A stretch of 64,000 nucleotides of DNA from Candidatus Heimdallarchaeota archaeon (GTDB lineage: Archaea; Asgardarchaeota; Heimdallarchaeia; JABLTI01), in contig JAHLVW010000094.1 in assembly GCA_019058275.1 (NCBI GenBank), positions 64,001 through 128,000 of the forward strand, written 5' to 3'. The translations under genes and the position numbers were made by a program. Under the pieces are notes generated by a model that was not told where the DNA came from, did not search any database, and saw only the letters and a list, made by a program, of their open reading frames with translations. Below, one piece after another: positions 1-10,720 of the stretch (its first letter is position 1; every line of letters begins with the position of its first letter).

Positions 1-130
1 TACCAGTTCCTGTTGGTAAAACTACAAGTGTATTTTTACTAATGCAAGTGTTAAGAATCGTTTGTTGAAATAATCTTGGTTCGATTCCTTTTCTTAAATA
101 GGGATGTTGTATACTCTCCACTGTTGTCAC
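1..130 (-). CDS. hef: Hef/FANCM-like SF2 helicase, N-terminal fragment (runs off the window start; not in the ORF track)
   Basis: The minus strand from GTG at 130 reads MTTVESIQHPYLRKGIEPRLFQQTILNTCISKNTLVVLPTGTG. This is a Q-motif (EPRLFQ) plus the start of helicase motif I (NTLVVLPTGxG), typical of archaeal Hef/ERCC4-like helicases. Confidence 0.8.
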   Translation of the reverse strand, partial: MTTVESIQHPYLRKGIEPRLFQQTILNTCISKNTLVVLPTGTG

Positions 131-208
131 AAATTTCCACTCAAGACAATTTTTACTACAATAAATAATACAAAGAAATGTATTAAAACAGCTAAATTTT
201 CTTTGAAA

Positions 209-3200
209 ATGATTTTTTCAACATTTAGCTCCTTAAAAACAATTTTTGATGATGTTCTAATGAGGTTATACTCCTTGATAGACCAAACATCTTCAAATGA
301 GATTGAAAATTCCAATCAACATAAGACTTTTGACATTTATAAGAATAAACAATCAAAGTTAAATGAATCGATTCTAGTTCACTATAATATTGAACAAGGT
401 TACTACTCGCTACACATATATGCTATAATACTCATTGAAGATAATTTAACTCCATATACAAATGGAGTTATTGATTTAAGAAAGGAATTTAGAAAAGAAA
501 TGAAATCACCTCTGAAAGTTATAGCATCACAAAAAAGAGGAAGCCTTTCATTCATTAGGTATTTTGTCAAAGATTCAGCTGAATTAGAATATGAGCAAAA
601 AATGAAAGAAAAGTATCCAAATAAAAAAAATCCTAAAAAAAGTAAGTATTTTCCACCCCTATTATTGCTTGTTGCTCATTATTGCGATAAATTCTATATT
701 CCTGATGAACTAACTTCCCAAATTTCACAAATAACCAAGAATTCGATCATGCATTTTGATAATCTAATTCAAGATGAGATTCATTTAGTTTTACGAACTT
801 TAGGCAAACCAATTTATCTTAAAGGTGAAAATAGTCTACTCAATTTCCATCTCTTAAGAGAATTACCTGAAAACATAATAAAAAAGCTGACTGATGAAGA
901 AATACTGATTCCTATTCATAAACTCAAACCTTATTCTAAATTAATTCCAATAGTAAAGAATGCACGAAAAGAAACTCAAGAGCAAGAATTATTGCTTTTA
1001 GAAACTGTAAAACCTGAAGCTATATCACATGTTTATACAACCAAAAATGAATTTCTACCATTATATGAAGAGCGATTTCCATTGATTGTTGTCGGTGAAC
1101 CTAAAGCTAGACGAAATCTAATATTAAACGTATTGAAAAATGCTAATGCTAGATTTCTGATTCTTGATCCTAAGGAAAATTATGGTCGCTTAGCAATGAC
1201 GAACCCTAGAATTCGGGGTTATCTATTAGGAGCAAATTACCTGTTAAATATTATTAATACTGAAGGCAGTAAGATTAGAGAGCAAGTATATGCCTATTGG
1301 TTTGCTAAAATTATTGCAAGTATTTCTGGATTAAGAAACGATTTTGCAAAAACCATTGAAACTTATCTCTTGGGAGCCTATCGTGATCCACAAAACAGAA
1401 CAAAAGCTGTGTTTCAATTCAGAGATTTTGCAAACCAAGAATTGACATCAGAAGTTACTAAAATGGGAAGAGCAGAATCAAATACAATTACCAATGTTTT
1501 ATATCCTTTAGGAACATATGATGAAATTTCGCTCTATACTAGGATAGATCGATCACTATCTTTTGATTCATTATTTGACACAAAAGGAGCGATTATTCAA
1601 TTTGCTAAGAATGATGACCAACTAACTAAGATTGCTTATTTATTTACAGTTTTAAAGTTGCTAAGTGTTCAAAACTATGATCCAAAAATAATCGTTTTAG
1701 ATAATATTGATGAAATTTTTGCACAAAATTACAAGTCACGACAAGATAATGATCTGACTGATTTGATTTCTAGTTTAGCAGAAGAATATTATGTTATTTT
1801 AGGTGCTCGTTCACCATCAAAGATTCAAGAGCTATTCAAAAATACTCGATCTAAATTCATTAATCGTCTTTTAATAAAGGCAGATTGGAATCTCTTAATA
1901 AATGAGTTTAACCTTTCAAAAACTGATACTCTAAATATAAGCAAACTATCAGAAAAGGAATATTTTACACTAGTTCCAGAATTTTCCACAGGCAAATTTG
2001 TAAAGATATGCGCTGAACCAGATACAAAAATGCGTCTCGAAATTGACAACCTCATCAAAGAAAGTAATATTAGAATCATTAAGTCAAATGATTTTATTCG
2101 TGCTGAAGGAATTCCTCCAGAAATACGTAAAGCAATTTTTGATATCATAAAAATACTTAGAGAGAAACCTAAGAAGATGTTTCCAGAAGAAGGAATTGAG
2201 AGCCTAATTTCTGGATGTGCTGAAATGGATATTTTACGAGCTAAGGAAATAGCTCGTAATGAATCATTTGTTAAAATTGTGCAAAGTTCTCCTGACGATT
2301 CACAAGAAACTATCAATCTATTAGTACTAACTGAGCGTGGAGACGAATACTACAAAAGCTATCTAAAACTGAAGAAGCAGATACCAATGATCACTATAAA
2401 ATCTCCTGCTAGTGAGAAGAATTTTGAAAAGGATATTTTCACCATGCTTGGAGAAGTAGATACGCTATTCGAAATGGGTGATAACATATCTGCTATAAAT
2501 CAAATGTTAGAAATTACAGTAAGACTATTGGGAGCATTGCCTGAAAATGATAGATTTGTGAATGGAAAAGATGCAGCAAAGCTTCTAGACCAATGGTCCT
2601 ATTTATCATCCCTGAAAGAAGTTGGCAATGTTGGCAAAGCAAGAAGAATTTCCCAAGAATTTTCTCAAATTGTCACTAATGTTTTGAAATCCATTAAACA
2701 TAGTTTAGTTAAAATAGATGATATTGTGAAGGATAAGAAAAAATCTCGAAAAATAAATATGTCTGAAAAGAAAATCTCCAAAACAGATGTAGATGAGGAT
2801 TTTGAATATAGATTTGATGTGAAAAGTGAACCAAAGAGTTCTTCTGATAAACAAGATCCTTGGAAAAAACAGGTTGAATTGAATAGTGAATCTAGTAACA
2901 CTAAAGGTAAGGATAAAGATTCTAGTTTATTCTTAGCTGCTACTGATGACTTGAAATCAGCTGGATTACCTCATCTTGATTCAACTGGTGATTTTTACAT
3001 ACCAAAAAAGAGCAATATTTTTGAAGAAGATTCCGATGATACATCAACTATTTTTGAACCAACAACAACTGGGGAAGGAAAGGGTAAAAAATCTTCAAAA
3101 ACTCAAAAACAGAAGTCAAAGTTAGATCGAATAAAAAAGAAATTGATGAATAAACTTGCTGAGTATTTGGAGGTTCCAGTTATTGATGATGAGGAATTTA

Positions 3201-3418
3201 TTTGGCATTGCTTAGATACTAGATTTAATGGGGCAATTGATGATGGGTATGTAATTTCTGATATTGTTTCAACATTAAAGCAATTATACAAAGACAATAA
3301 CAACAATGCGTTAATCTCAGAAGGGGCGTTAAGTAAATTAGATAAATTACTAAAAAATCCTAAGCTTTTACCTGATAGTTTAGCTATTGATTTAAAAGAA
3401 TACATTCAAGATTTCTAG
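209..3418 (+). CDS. Large protein with a degenerate HerA/VirB4-like P-loop domain and an acidic low-complexity C-terminal region
   Basis: ORF 104..3418. The real start is probably ATG 209 or 260, because 104-130 overlaps the divergent hef gene. FLILDPKENY and IIVLDNIDE resemble HerA/FtsK-family strands, but the Walker A position reads VVGEPKARR (no GKS/T). Confidence 0.55.
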   Translation: MIFSTFSSLKTIFDDVLMRLYSLIDQTSSNEIENSNQHKTFDIYKNKQSKLNESILVHYNIEQGYYSLHIYAIILIEDNLTPYTNGVIDLRKEFRKEMKSPLKVIASQKRGSLSFIRYFVKDSAELEYEQKMKEKYPNKKNPKKSKYFPPLLLLVAHYCDKFYIPDELTSQISQITKNSIMHFDNLIQDEIHLVLRTLGKPIYLKGENSLLNFHLLRELPENIIKKLTDEEILIPIHKLKPYSKLIPIVKNARKETQEQELLLLETVKPEAISHVYTTKNEFLPLYEERFPLIVVGEPKARRNLILNVLKNANARFLILDPKENYGRLAMTNPRIRGYLLGANYLLNIINTEGSKIREQVYAYWFAKIIASISGLRNDFAKTIETYLLGAYRDPQNRTKAVFQFRDFANQELTSEVTKMGRAESNTITNVLYPLGTYDEISLYTRIDRSLSFDSLFDTKGAIIQFAKNDDQLTKIAYLFTVLKLLSVQNYDPKIIVLDNIDEIFAQNYKSRQDNDLTDLISSLAEEYYVILGARSPSKIQELFKNTRSKFINRLLIKADWNLLINEFNLSKTDTLNISKLSEKEYFTLVPEFSTGKFVKICAEPDTKMRLEIDNLIKESNIRIIKSNDFIRAEGIPPEIRKAIFDIIKILREKPKKMFPEEGIESLISGCAEMDILRAKEIARNESFVKIVQSSPDDSQETINLLVLTERGDEYYKSYLKLKKQIPMITIKSPASEKNFEKDIFTMLGEVDTLFEMGDNISAINQMLEITVRLLGALPENDRFVNGKDAAKLLDQWSYLSSLKEVGNVGKARRISQEFSQIVTNVLKSIKHSLVKIDDIVKDKKKSRKINMSEKKISKTDVDEDFEYRFDVKSEPKSSSDKQDPWKKQVELNSESSNTKGKDKDSSLFLAATDDLKSAGLPHLDSTGDFYIPKKSNIFEEDSDDTSTIFEPTTTGEGKGKKSSKTQKQKSKLDRIKKKLMNKLAEYLEVPVIDDEEFIWHCLDTRFNGAIDDGYVISDIVSTLKQLYKDNNNNALISEGALSKLDKLLKNPKLLPDSLAIDLKEYIQDF

Positions 3419-3419
3419 C

Positions 3420-3917
3420 TCATCTTATTTTATATATTAGACTTGCAATGGATTTTGTAATGTATGGTGCTATTTCATAATCAACAGGTTTCAAAACTGG
3501 TATTATAGATCCTAACTCATTGATTTTTACAATACCAATTCCATTCTTTCTTGCCATTTCGATTTGTTTCTCATCTGTTGGAGCATTATAACTTGATGGA
3601 TATGCAAGTAGTACTCGGTGTGCAAAATTTCTATATAGCAGTGGATGAGTAACCCATAAACCATTTTCAACTTCAATAAAAGTTATTTTACCATCTTTCA
3701 ATGCAGCGACATCAATTCTTACTTTGGAAATATCCTTGCATGCAAGCCTTTTGATCTGGAAATGATAATCATTCAAAACTAATTCTTTTACAACTAAGTA
3801 TCCAAGAGATACAAGATGAGTTCTCAAAATTTCAACAATTCTCTTTTCAGAAAGGCTTTTTCCACTACCTTTTCTTGTTTTTACTTCTTCCATATTCATA
3901 ACCAAATAGTCTATCAC
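3420..3917 (-). CDS. PD-(D/E)xK restriction-endonuclease-fold protein
   Basis: E...GYLVVKE...IDVAALKDGKITFIEVE pattern; the usual ExK lysine is replaced by E. Confidence 0.55.
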   Translation of the reverse strand: MIDYLVMNMEEVKTRKGSGKSLSEKRIVEILRTHLVSLGYLVVKELVLNDYHFQIKRLACKDISKVRIDVAALKDGKITFIEVENGLWVTHPLLYRNFAHRVLLAYPSSYNAPTDEKQIEMARKNGIGIVKINELGSIIPVLKPVDYEIAPYITKSIASLIYKIR

Positions 3918-4074
3918 TTCTTTACTCGAAAATTTAGCATAAAAAGTTACAATTGTATTGAATTAGCTACTTAAATAGAAAAAATAACAAGTTAGTTATT
4001 GAAATGCTTGTTAAGTAATTCAAACATTCGTGAACTAATACAGTTGAAATTATCACTAATAAAGTTGAAGTAAT

Positions 4075-4905
4075 ATGATGAACAATGGGTTAGAAATAAT
4101 TCCACTCATAGAAACTGTTACAATTAAGAATTATGTAGATTGGTTATTGAATATTATAAAAATAACTGGAATGTCTTTAGGTTCAATAATACTCTTCATC
4201 TTTATTTTTTCAATCGTAATCAATGTATTGATAGCTATGCTTGTTAATTTCTTGCCTTTCCTCAAGGGAATTGTTGTTATTCTTGAATATCTAATGTTGC
4301 CAGGTTCTCTTATGCATATGGTATGGCATGTTCTTGCATTAAAACGATTAAAATATCCAACTACACAAACAATAGCTTTTGGTTTGGGATGGAGTCGAAC
4401 AGGTATAAGATTGAAAAAGCAATTGAAAAGTGTAAGAGAAGGTATAATCTTCTTCTGGGCTCCAATACTTAATCTACCAATCATTGTTGGTTGGGTCATG
4501 CCAGGTGCTTTTTTGTTTCAGTGGTTAGATACACTTGTTGAAGGAACAGTCTTTTATTGGATATGGTTTTATGTTCTAATTTCAATGTTGGTCTTTGCAC
4601 TACCAGACATTCATGATCTGTTTGGTCCACTGTATGTATCACTTGTTAAAGTTCCTGAATTCTACTTATTTACAGTTTTTTATGTAATCATAGCACCAAC
4701 GACATTGATTCTCTGGGGTTGGGGAATTACAATCATTTTCTCTCTTTTATATCTGATAACTGCTTTTTATGAAATTGAAAGGATTTCAAGATATGAAACA
4801 TTAAGATTGAAATTGAATAATTTTGATAAACTGAAAACAAGAAGTAGAGAAACAACAATTTCAAGACAAGTAATCATTGTTCCTGAAGGTGAATATACGG
4901 ATTAA
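4075..4905 (+). CDS. Multi-pass membrane protein with a zincin-like HxxxH (possibly a degenerate metalloprotease)
   Basis: Several hydrophobic segments. PGSLMHMVWH resembles PG..HExxH with E replaced by M, followed by downstream WAP and LPDIHD motifs. Confidence 0.5.
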   Translation: MMNNGLEIIPLIETVTIKNYVDWLLNIIKITGMSLGSIILFIFIFSIVINVLIAMLVNFLPFLKGIVVILEYLMLPGSLMHMVWHVLALKRLKYPTTQTIAFGLGWSRTGIRLKKQLKSVREGIIFFWAPILNLPIIVGWVMPGAFLFQWLDTLVEGTVFYWIWFYVLISMLVFALPDIHDLFGPLYVSLVKVPEFYLFTVFYVIIAPTTLILWGWGITIIFSLLYLITAFYEIERISRYETLRLKLNNFDKLKTRSRETTISRQVIIVPEGEYTD

Positions 4906-4917
4906 TGATATCTGATA

Positions 4918-5664
4918 TTATTCTTTTTTGGATTGAAATTCTGTGAAATCATACAAACTGACAAGATCTTTTTGTAACCTACGTAAGAGAATAATTGGTG
5001 CAATGCGTTCATTTGCTATATTCTTTTCAAAAGCAATCATGAGAATCTCAAGTTGCTTCAAAACATAGCTAGTGTATTGGGGTGTGACTTCTAGTTGAGG
5101 ATTGCCAGATATGAGGTGAATAGTTCCTGTGTATGTTTTGTCACAGATGAGTTTTATAACTTCCCAGAAAAGCTCTTCAGTAATAGCAACGCCTTCATCC
5201 TTCAATTTAGCTAGAATTGCTTCTATCAAAGGTTTAGTTTTGAGCAGCTTAGAAATTTCTCCTAAGAGTTTTGGATCTTCTGGAATAGTCTTCAACAATC
5301 GATAATTGTTCAAGTTGACATATTTTTCGTAAATTTGGTGTTGTGTAGGTATAGCATCGATTTTCGTTTTCATATTAGAACCCACGTACTCACCATCAAA
5401 ACTGAGATCAATTAAATGGATGGGTCCATTAAGATGAAGCAAATTTTTACGCATAAACATATTGACGGGAGCATAGATTTCATTATTGCTCCAGATTTGC
5501 ACTGAAAGATTTTTTCCATATGGATCAGTAAGAACTAGACGCAGATATGACTTTTTGTTTTTTGCAACAAGATCCTTAGCGTCTTTAAGTGTTGCAAATA
5601 TGTTAACATTTCCTGGTTCAGTTAAATCCCTGAAGAAAACAATAGGTTCTTTCTTGTCTGGCAA
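4918..5664 (-). CDS. Hypothetical protein, possible N-terminal OB-fold
   Basis: 248-aa ORF with an SD-like AGGAG upstream; YLRLVLTDPYGKNLSVQIW resembles OB-fold strands. Confidence 0.45.
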   Translation of the reverse strand: MPDKKEPIVFFRDLTEPGNVNIFATLKDAKDLVAKNKKSYLRLVLTDPYGKNLSVQIWSNNEIYAPVNMFMRKNLLHLNGPIHLIDLSFDGEYVGSNMKTKIDAIPTQHQIYEKYVNLNNYRLLKTIPEDPKLLGEISKLLKTKPLIEAILAKLKDEGVAITEELFWEVIKLICDKTYTGTIHLISGNPQLEVTPQYTSYVLKQLEILMIAFEKNIANERIAPIILLRRLQKDLVSLYDFTEFQSKKE

Positions 5665-5863
5665 TAAAACATTCTCCTTTAATCACTTCTAGTATTCCAA
5701 TACTACACTTAACTTTTAGGCATTTTGGAATTTAACCTTAGTCGTTATCCATATTGTGCTTTATTGAAACACCTTCTGTAATAAAAGCACTAGTAAGCTT
5801 TAAATATCAATACAAATCAGCAAAAAGTAGAAATCAAAAACTTTTCTTGGTGCGAAAAAAGAA

Positions 5864-7513
5864 ATGTCTCAACAAAATATTCCAGTAATATTACTAAAGG
5901 ATGGCACATCAAGAACAAGGGGTAAAGAAGCTCAAAAGAATAACATGAGAGCTGCAATGGCAATAGCTGAAGCAGTAAAATCAACCCTTGGTCCAAAAGG
6001 AAGCGACAAGATGCTTGTAGATTCCTTAGGTGATGTAGTAATTACAAATGATGGTGCCACAATTCTAGATGAAATTGATGTAGAACATCCTGCAGCAAAA
6101 TTGATGACTCAGGTTGCTAAAACACAAGATGAACAAGTGGGAGACGGAACAACTTCTGCTGTCGTTCTTGCTGGTGAACTCCTCAAGAATGCTGATACCT
6201 TAATTGAATTAGGTATCCACCCATCCATTATCATTTCTGGTTATAAGAAAGCTACAGAAAATGCAAAAGAAATTCTTGATAAAATTGCAATTGATATTGA
6301 TCCTGAAGATAAGAAGACTTTAGCTAAAGTTGCTACTACTGCTTTGAATAGCAAAGTAGTTGCAAGTGAAAAAGAGCTAATGTCCAAAATCAGTGTTGAA
6401 GCAGTTTTGCAAATCACAGAAGTACGAAATAGTAAAAGAATTTCTGATCTTGATTGGATTAAACTTGTTCAAAAAGCAGGCAAAGCATTGAAAGACACTG
6501 AATTAATTAAGGGTGTTTTACTTGACAAAGAGGTTGTTCATCCTGGTATGCCAAAATCTATTTCTAGTGCAAAGATTGCTTTAATTGATGATAATATTGA
6601 AATCCAGAAAACAGAATTCAGCGCTGAAATCAAGATTGAAGAAACTAGCCAAATGCAAGCATTTCTTGACAGAGAACAAGAAATGATTGAAGAAATGGTC
6701 CAAAAGATCATTGATTCTGGTGCTAATGTTCTCGTATGTCAAAAGGGTATTGATGACCTTGCCCAACACTTCTTAGCAAAAGCAGGCATTTTAGCAGTCC
6801 GACGAGTTAAGAAAAGCGATATGGAGAAAATAGCTAGAGCAACTACTAGTAAAATCGTTTCAACTCTTAGTGATTTGAAGAAAAGCGATTTAGGTGTTGC
6901 TGGCAGGGTTGAACAAATCAAAATTGGTGATGACGATAATATTCTCATCTCTGAATCAAAGAACCCACGATCAGTAACCATTCTCATTCGTGGTGGAAGC
7001 AAATATATAACTGATGAAGCTGAACGAGCACTAACTGACTCCTTAAGCGTTGTAAGAGATGCTATAGAAGACGGTAAAATTGTTGTTGGTGGTGGAGCTT
7101 CAGAAGTTGAAATTGCATTGGCACTACGAAACCTTGCTGAAAGCATAGGTGGTCGTGAACAACTAGCAATTGAACGATTCGCAACTTCCCTCGAGATAAT
7201 ACCAAAAACACTAGCTGAAAATGCTGGTCTTGATGCAATTGATCTCTTAACTGAAATAAGATCAATGCACACAGGTGCTGAAGGCTTTAAATTTGGTATT
7301 GACCTTTTCAAAGCAAAAGTCAATGACATGGAGAAAGCTGGTATCCTTGAACCATTAAGAGTGAAATCACAAGCAATAAGATCCGCTTCCGAGGCAGCTG
7401 AATTAATTCTGAGAATTGACGATGTTATTGCTGCAAAAGCTAGACCTGGTGGAATGCCCGGTGGTCCAGGTGGTATGCCTCCTGGAATGGGTGGAATGCC
7501 ACCAATGATGTAA
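5864..7513 (+). CDS. ths: Thermosome (group II chaperonin) subunit
   Basis: [23 protein letters not shown] and [15 protein letters not shown] motifs, with a GGM-rich C-terminal tail. Confidence 0.97.
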   Translation: MSQQNIPVILLKDGTSRTRGKEAQKNNMRAAMAIAEAVKSTLGPKGSDKMLVDSLGDVVITNDGATILDEIDVEHPAAKLMTQVAKTQDEQVGDGTTSAVVLAGELLKNADTLIELGIHPSIIISGYKKATENAKEILDKIAIDIDPEDKKTLAKVATTALNSKVVASEKELMSKISVEAVLQITEVRNSKRISDLDWIKLVQKAGKALKDTELIKGVLLDKEVVHPGMPKSISSAKIALIDDNIEIQKTEFSAEIKIEETSQMQAFLDREQEMIEEMVQKIIDSGANVLVCQKGIDDLAQHFLAKAGILAVRRVKKSDMEKIARATTSKIVSTLSDLKKSDLGVAGRVEQIKIGDDDNILISESKNPRSVTILIRGGSKYITDEAERALTDSLSVVRDAIEDGKIVVGGGASEVEIALALRNLAESIGGREQLAIERFATSLEIIPKTLAENAGLDAIDLLTEIRSMHTGAEGFKFGIDLFKAKVNDMEKAGILEPLRVKSQAIRSASEAAELILRIDDVIAAKARPGGMPGGPGGMPPGMGGMPPMM

Positions 7514-7535
7514 AACTAGCGAAAAAGTTTCTATT

Positions 7536-7567
7536 GAGACCTTTTGGTCTCTTTTTCTTGTTTTTTA
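7536..7567 (+). terminator. Hairpin plus U-tract terminator after the thermosome gene
   Basis: GAGACC-TTTT-GGTCTC (7536-7551) followed by TTTTTCTTGTTTTTT. Confidence 0.6.
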
Positions 7568-7604
7568 CCAATATAAAATGGTAATGAATTTTTGATATTG
7601 ATAA

Positions 7605-8147
7605 CTAAATTGAGCTTATTGCATTGAGTTCTTTTCTAAGATCATCAATATCTGTGTCTGTAAGGTCTATATCTTCTGCTTCACCAAAATCACTTGGAGA
7701 TACTTTAATTGCTTTAGATTTAATTTCCATTTCTCTTTTCTGCAGCAGTCTTTTCTCTCGAGTCATAAGGTCAGATTGAATGCTTTCATAGAATCCTTTG
7801 AACTGAGTCAAATCATTAGGTGGAATGACCCAAAAACTGTTTGGAATAAAACTAAATGATTCCATACCTAAACCAAAAACACTAGAACGTAGTTTGATTA
7901 AATTACTGAAGTCACCTAAATAAGTAACAATGCATATTTTACCATCTGTTGTAACTGGTAACCAATCAATGGAATTCCTATTTCGTACCAAAGAAACGAT
8001 TCTTCGTAATTTCTTCTCTTTCTCTCCTCCACAATTTTGGAAAACCCATAAAGAACATGAAGTGTCACCCTTCTTTGGATTTCCTTTTCTACTATCTGTA
8101 GGTATTTTTACTGTTTCAATTGAAATCTCACTTTTACCAGTTTTCAT
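7605..8147 (-). CDS. Hypothetical protein
   Basis: 180-aa ORF filling the gap between two confident genes; acidic C-terminus. Confidence 0.5.
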   Translation of the reverse strand: MKTGKSEISIETVKIPTDSRKGNPKKGDTSCSLWVFQNCGGEKEKKLRRIVSLVRNRNSIDWLPVTTDGKICIVTYLGDFSNLIKLRSSVFGLGMESFSFIPNSFWVIPPNDLTQFKGFYESIQSDLMTREKRLLQKREMEIKSKAIKVSPSDFGEAEDIDLTDTDIDDLRKELNAISSI

Positions 8148-8292
8148 TGTTTGAGGACTCCTTTGAACAAGAAAAAAATATCCGTTATAGTATTTTATGT
8201 TTTCTCAAGGAACAAACTTTTGTAAAAGGCTAGTACTACTTTCTCGATAAGATTTTTTAATAGAAAATATAGCTATTTTTGAAGGTATAATA

Positions 8293-9054
8293 ATGTTCAA
8301 GAAATTAATGCCTGGAGCAAAACCATTTTTCTATGAACGAGGTAAAGTGGGCTGTTTACTCTGCCATGGATATACTGGTACTCCTGATGAAGTACATGGA
8401 ATAGGAAAATATTTAGCTGAAAAAGGCATTACAACAATTGCACCATTATTACCTGGTCATGGTACTACATTAGATGAACTGATAAAAACGAACACTGATG
8501 ATTGGTCTAAAGAATATAGTTATGCATTTAACTGGTTGAAAGAATATTGTGAAGAATTTTTTGTTTGTGGATTATCTTTGGGTGGAGTATTAACACTACG
8601 TTTTGCTATTGAAAATGAGGTTAATGGCATTATTTCAATGGCAACCCCTGCGAAGTTTAAATTCCATCAAGGACTCCTCTTGTCTTTAATAGCTCCTATT
8701 TTGAGAAACTTTGCTATCAAAAAAAGCAAAGAAGAATTGAAAGGACAAGAAAAATACAACATTATCTGTTATGATAAGTATCCCATTTGGCCGGCAAATT
8801 CCATAAGAAAATTAGTAAAAAGAAATCAATTTCAACTTAAGGATATTACTGATCCCATACTTATTATCCAAGGATCACTTGATGAAAATTGGTTAAAGGA
8901 ATCTGCAAAAATTATCTATGATAGAGTTTCATCAAAAGACAAAGAGCTAGTGTTTCTTGAAAAATCTCCACATAGTCTAACTCATGGTTCAGAAAAAGAG
9001 CTAGTTAATGAAATCATTTACAATTTTATTAAAAAGAACTCTAAATTGATTTAG
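8293..9054 (+). CDS. Alpha/beta-hydrolase carboxylesterase
   Basis: HGYTG oxyanion motif, LPGHG, GLSLG nucleophile elbow, catalytic D (GSLDE) and H (SPHS). Confidence 0.9.
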   Translation: MFKKLMPGAKPFFYERGKVGCLLCHGYTGTPDEVHGIGKYLAEKGITTIAPLLPGHGTTLDELIKTNTDDWSKEYSYAFNWLKEYCEEFFVCGLSLGGVLTLRFAIENEVNGIISMATPAKFKFHQGLLLSLIAPILRNFAIKKSKEELKGQEKYNIICYDKYPIWPANSIRKLVKRNQFQLKDITDPILIIQGSLDENWLKESAKIIYDRVSSKDKELVFLEKSPHSLTHGSEKELVNEIIYNFIKKNSKLI

Positions 9055-9181
9055 ATTTTCAATAAATATTTGCGAAAAGAATAGCAAAAACTTGGATCAC
9101 ATTTTTGGTCATTTTTATTAAATCCTCGCATTTTAGCGAGAAACCTTTAAATAATTGAAGTCAGACCTCTAACTGATTGGG

Positions 9182-9610
9182 ATGTGGATACTCGACATAA
9201 AATCTGATCTTGGGAAAATGAGTTCTATACAAGTAGCGATACTTATGGAATATGCAAAATCAGGTGAAGAACCAAAAAAGATTACAGACATAATAGCTGT
9301 TTTAAGCAATGCTTTTGAAGGTTACTGGGAACCAAAGAAAGGAACAATTTACCCAGCAGTACATAATTTGCATGTGAGGGGATTCCTGAAAATGCATGCG
9401 ATAAAACCATATGGGTATTCAATCACTGATAAAGGCTTGGAATTAATTCACAAAATGATTTCCAATATAAATCTGCAAATGGAAGTATACATGCAGTACT
9501 ATTCATTTCTACTAAATAATTATGATGCTATAGACCTAAAAAAAGCTACAAAAATAAGAAATCAAATTTTGAAGTCGATAGAAGATTATACAAAATCAAT
9601 TAAAGAATGA
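9182..9610 (+). CDS. PadR-family winged-helix transcriptional regulator
   Basis: WEPKKGTIYPAVHNL...YSITDKG signature. Confidence 0.85.
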   Translation: MWILDIKSDLGKMSSIQVAILMEYAKSGEEPKKITDIIAVLSNAFEGYWEPKKGTIYPAVHNLHVRGFLKMHAIKPYGYSITDKGLELIHKMISNINLQMEVYMQYYSFLLNNYDAIDLKKATKIRNQILKSIEDYTKSIKE

Positions 9611-9713
9611 AAAAAATGAATAGTGGACCGCCTCTTATATCCTAATTGTCCATAAAATGAAACAACTGTTGATACCCTTTATTTATTTCCTTTTGAAAAA
9701 GGAGTATAGAAAA

Positions 9714-9792
9714 TGGAGCCGTTGGAGGGATTTGAACCCTCGTTCTACTGATTACGAAGCAGGTGCCTTAGACCAAGCTTGGCCACAACGGC
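9714..9792 (-). tRNA. tRNA-Thr(CGU), CCA encoded
   Basis: The reverse complement is GCCGTTG TG GCC AAGCTTGGTCTAA GGC A CCTGC TTCGTAA TCAGT AGAAC GAGGG TTCAAAT CCCTC CAACGGC T CCA. Acceptor and T stems are perfect, the anticodon is CGT at 9756-9754, and the discriminator is U. Confidence 0.9.
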
Positions 9793-10008
9793 TGTAAATT
9801 GCTATTCAACTATCCAATTCTTTTCTTTAATATTTCTTACCATTCTGCAAAAAAATCACTTTTCTCTTTTGCTTCAGTACATTTGCTTTTAAATTTTCAT
9901 AACATCATCATCCCCAAAGCTTTTAAGTACTACTTCAGCAATGAAACGTATTACCGATTAGAGTTTATTTTCTGACAGTTAAACAATAAAAAGGTGTTAT
10001 GTGAAACC

Positions 10009-10167
10009 ATGAACCTCATTTCAGTGAAAATTCCAGAAACTTTTCTTGAAGGATTAGATGATTTAGTTAGATTAGGTGTTTATCCAAGCAGGTCTGAAGT
10101 GATAAGAGTAGCTATAAGGGATCTATTACGAAAGGAGTTATGGGATAGTAGAAGAAGAGGCTCTTAA
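10009..10167 (+). CDS. Small ribbon-helix-helix (CopG/CdrS-like) regulator, 52 aa (not in the ORF track)
   Basis: [52 protein letters not shown]: RHH beta-strand plus SRSEVIRxAIRDLL helix. Confidence 0.85.
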   Translation: MNLISVKIPETFLEGLDDLVRLGVYPSRSEVIRVAIRDLLRKELWDSRRRGS

Positions 10168-10250
10168 GTATAATTCATCCTATTCCGAAACTAAAAAAAG
10201 GATTAATATTAACTAACATTTAGAGTATATGACAGAAGGGATAAAGAATT

Positions 10251-10670
10251 ATGGTGATCTATTCTACTGAAATTGATTTGGCTACAGAAGGTGAAACTCA
10301 GATTTTTGATATCACGCTTCAAGTAAGAAATGTTGTGAAAGATTCGGGTATTCTGAAAGGATTAGTTAATGCTTTTGTTCCTGGAGCAACAGGAGCAATC
10401 ACAACCATGGAATATGAACCTAGATTAGTTGAGGATACAATTAACCTTTTGAAACGAATTGTTCCTAAAGGAGTTGGTTATCAACATGATTATCAAGATG
10501 ATAATGCTCATAGTCATTTACGAGCAAGCTTACTTTCACCTGAAATAACTTTTCCAATAATTAAAGGTGAGCCAGTACTTGGAACATGGCAACAAATTGT
10601 TTTCATAGAACTAGACACTCGAGGTAGAGAAAGAAAGATTATTGTGACAGTTGTGGGAGACAAGAAGTAA
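10251..10670 (+). CDS. yjbQ: YjbQ/UPF0047 family protein
   Basis: NAHSHLRASLL and LGTWQQIVFIELD motifs. Confidence 0.92.
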   Translation: MVIYSTEIDLATEGETQIFDITLQVRNVVKDSGILKGLVNAFVPGATGAITTMEYEPRLVEDTINLLKRIVPKGVGYQHDYQDDNAHSHLRASLLSPEITFPIIKGEPVLGTWQQIVFIELDTRGRERKIIVTVVGDKK

Positions 10671-10720
10671 TTTCATTAGAATTTCTTCTTTTTTTTACAC
10701 CAAGTATTTTTGGGATAGAA

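Noticed and set aside
104-208. N-terminal extension of ORF 104..3418
   Set aside because: It overlaps the divergent hef start and its promoter region; a later ATG is more plausible.
6739-7329. Antisense or alternate-frame ORFs in the track (e.g. 1825-2316, 6739-7329, 33523-33924, 36535-37077, 60759-61325)
   Set aside because: They lie opposite confident genes, have no recognisable motifs, and are explained as shadow ORFs.
9621-9633. tRNA 3'-end-like fragment (att site) downstream of tRNA-Thr
   Set aside because: Only about 12 nt, it does not match the adjacent tRNA 3' end, and there is no integrase nearby.
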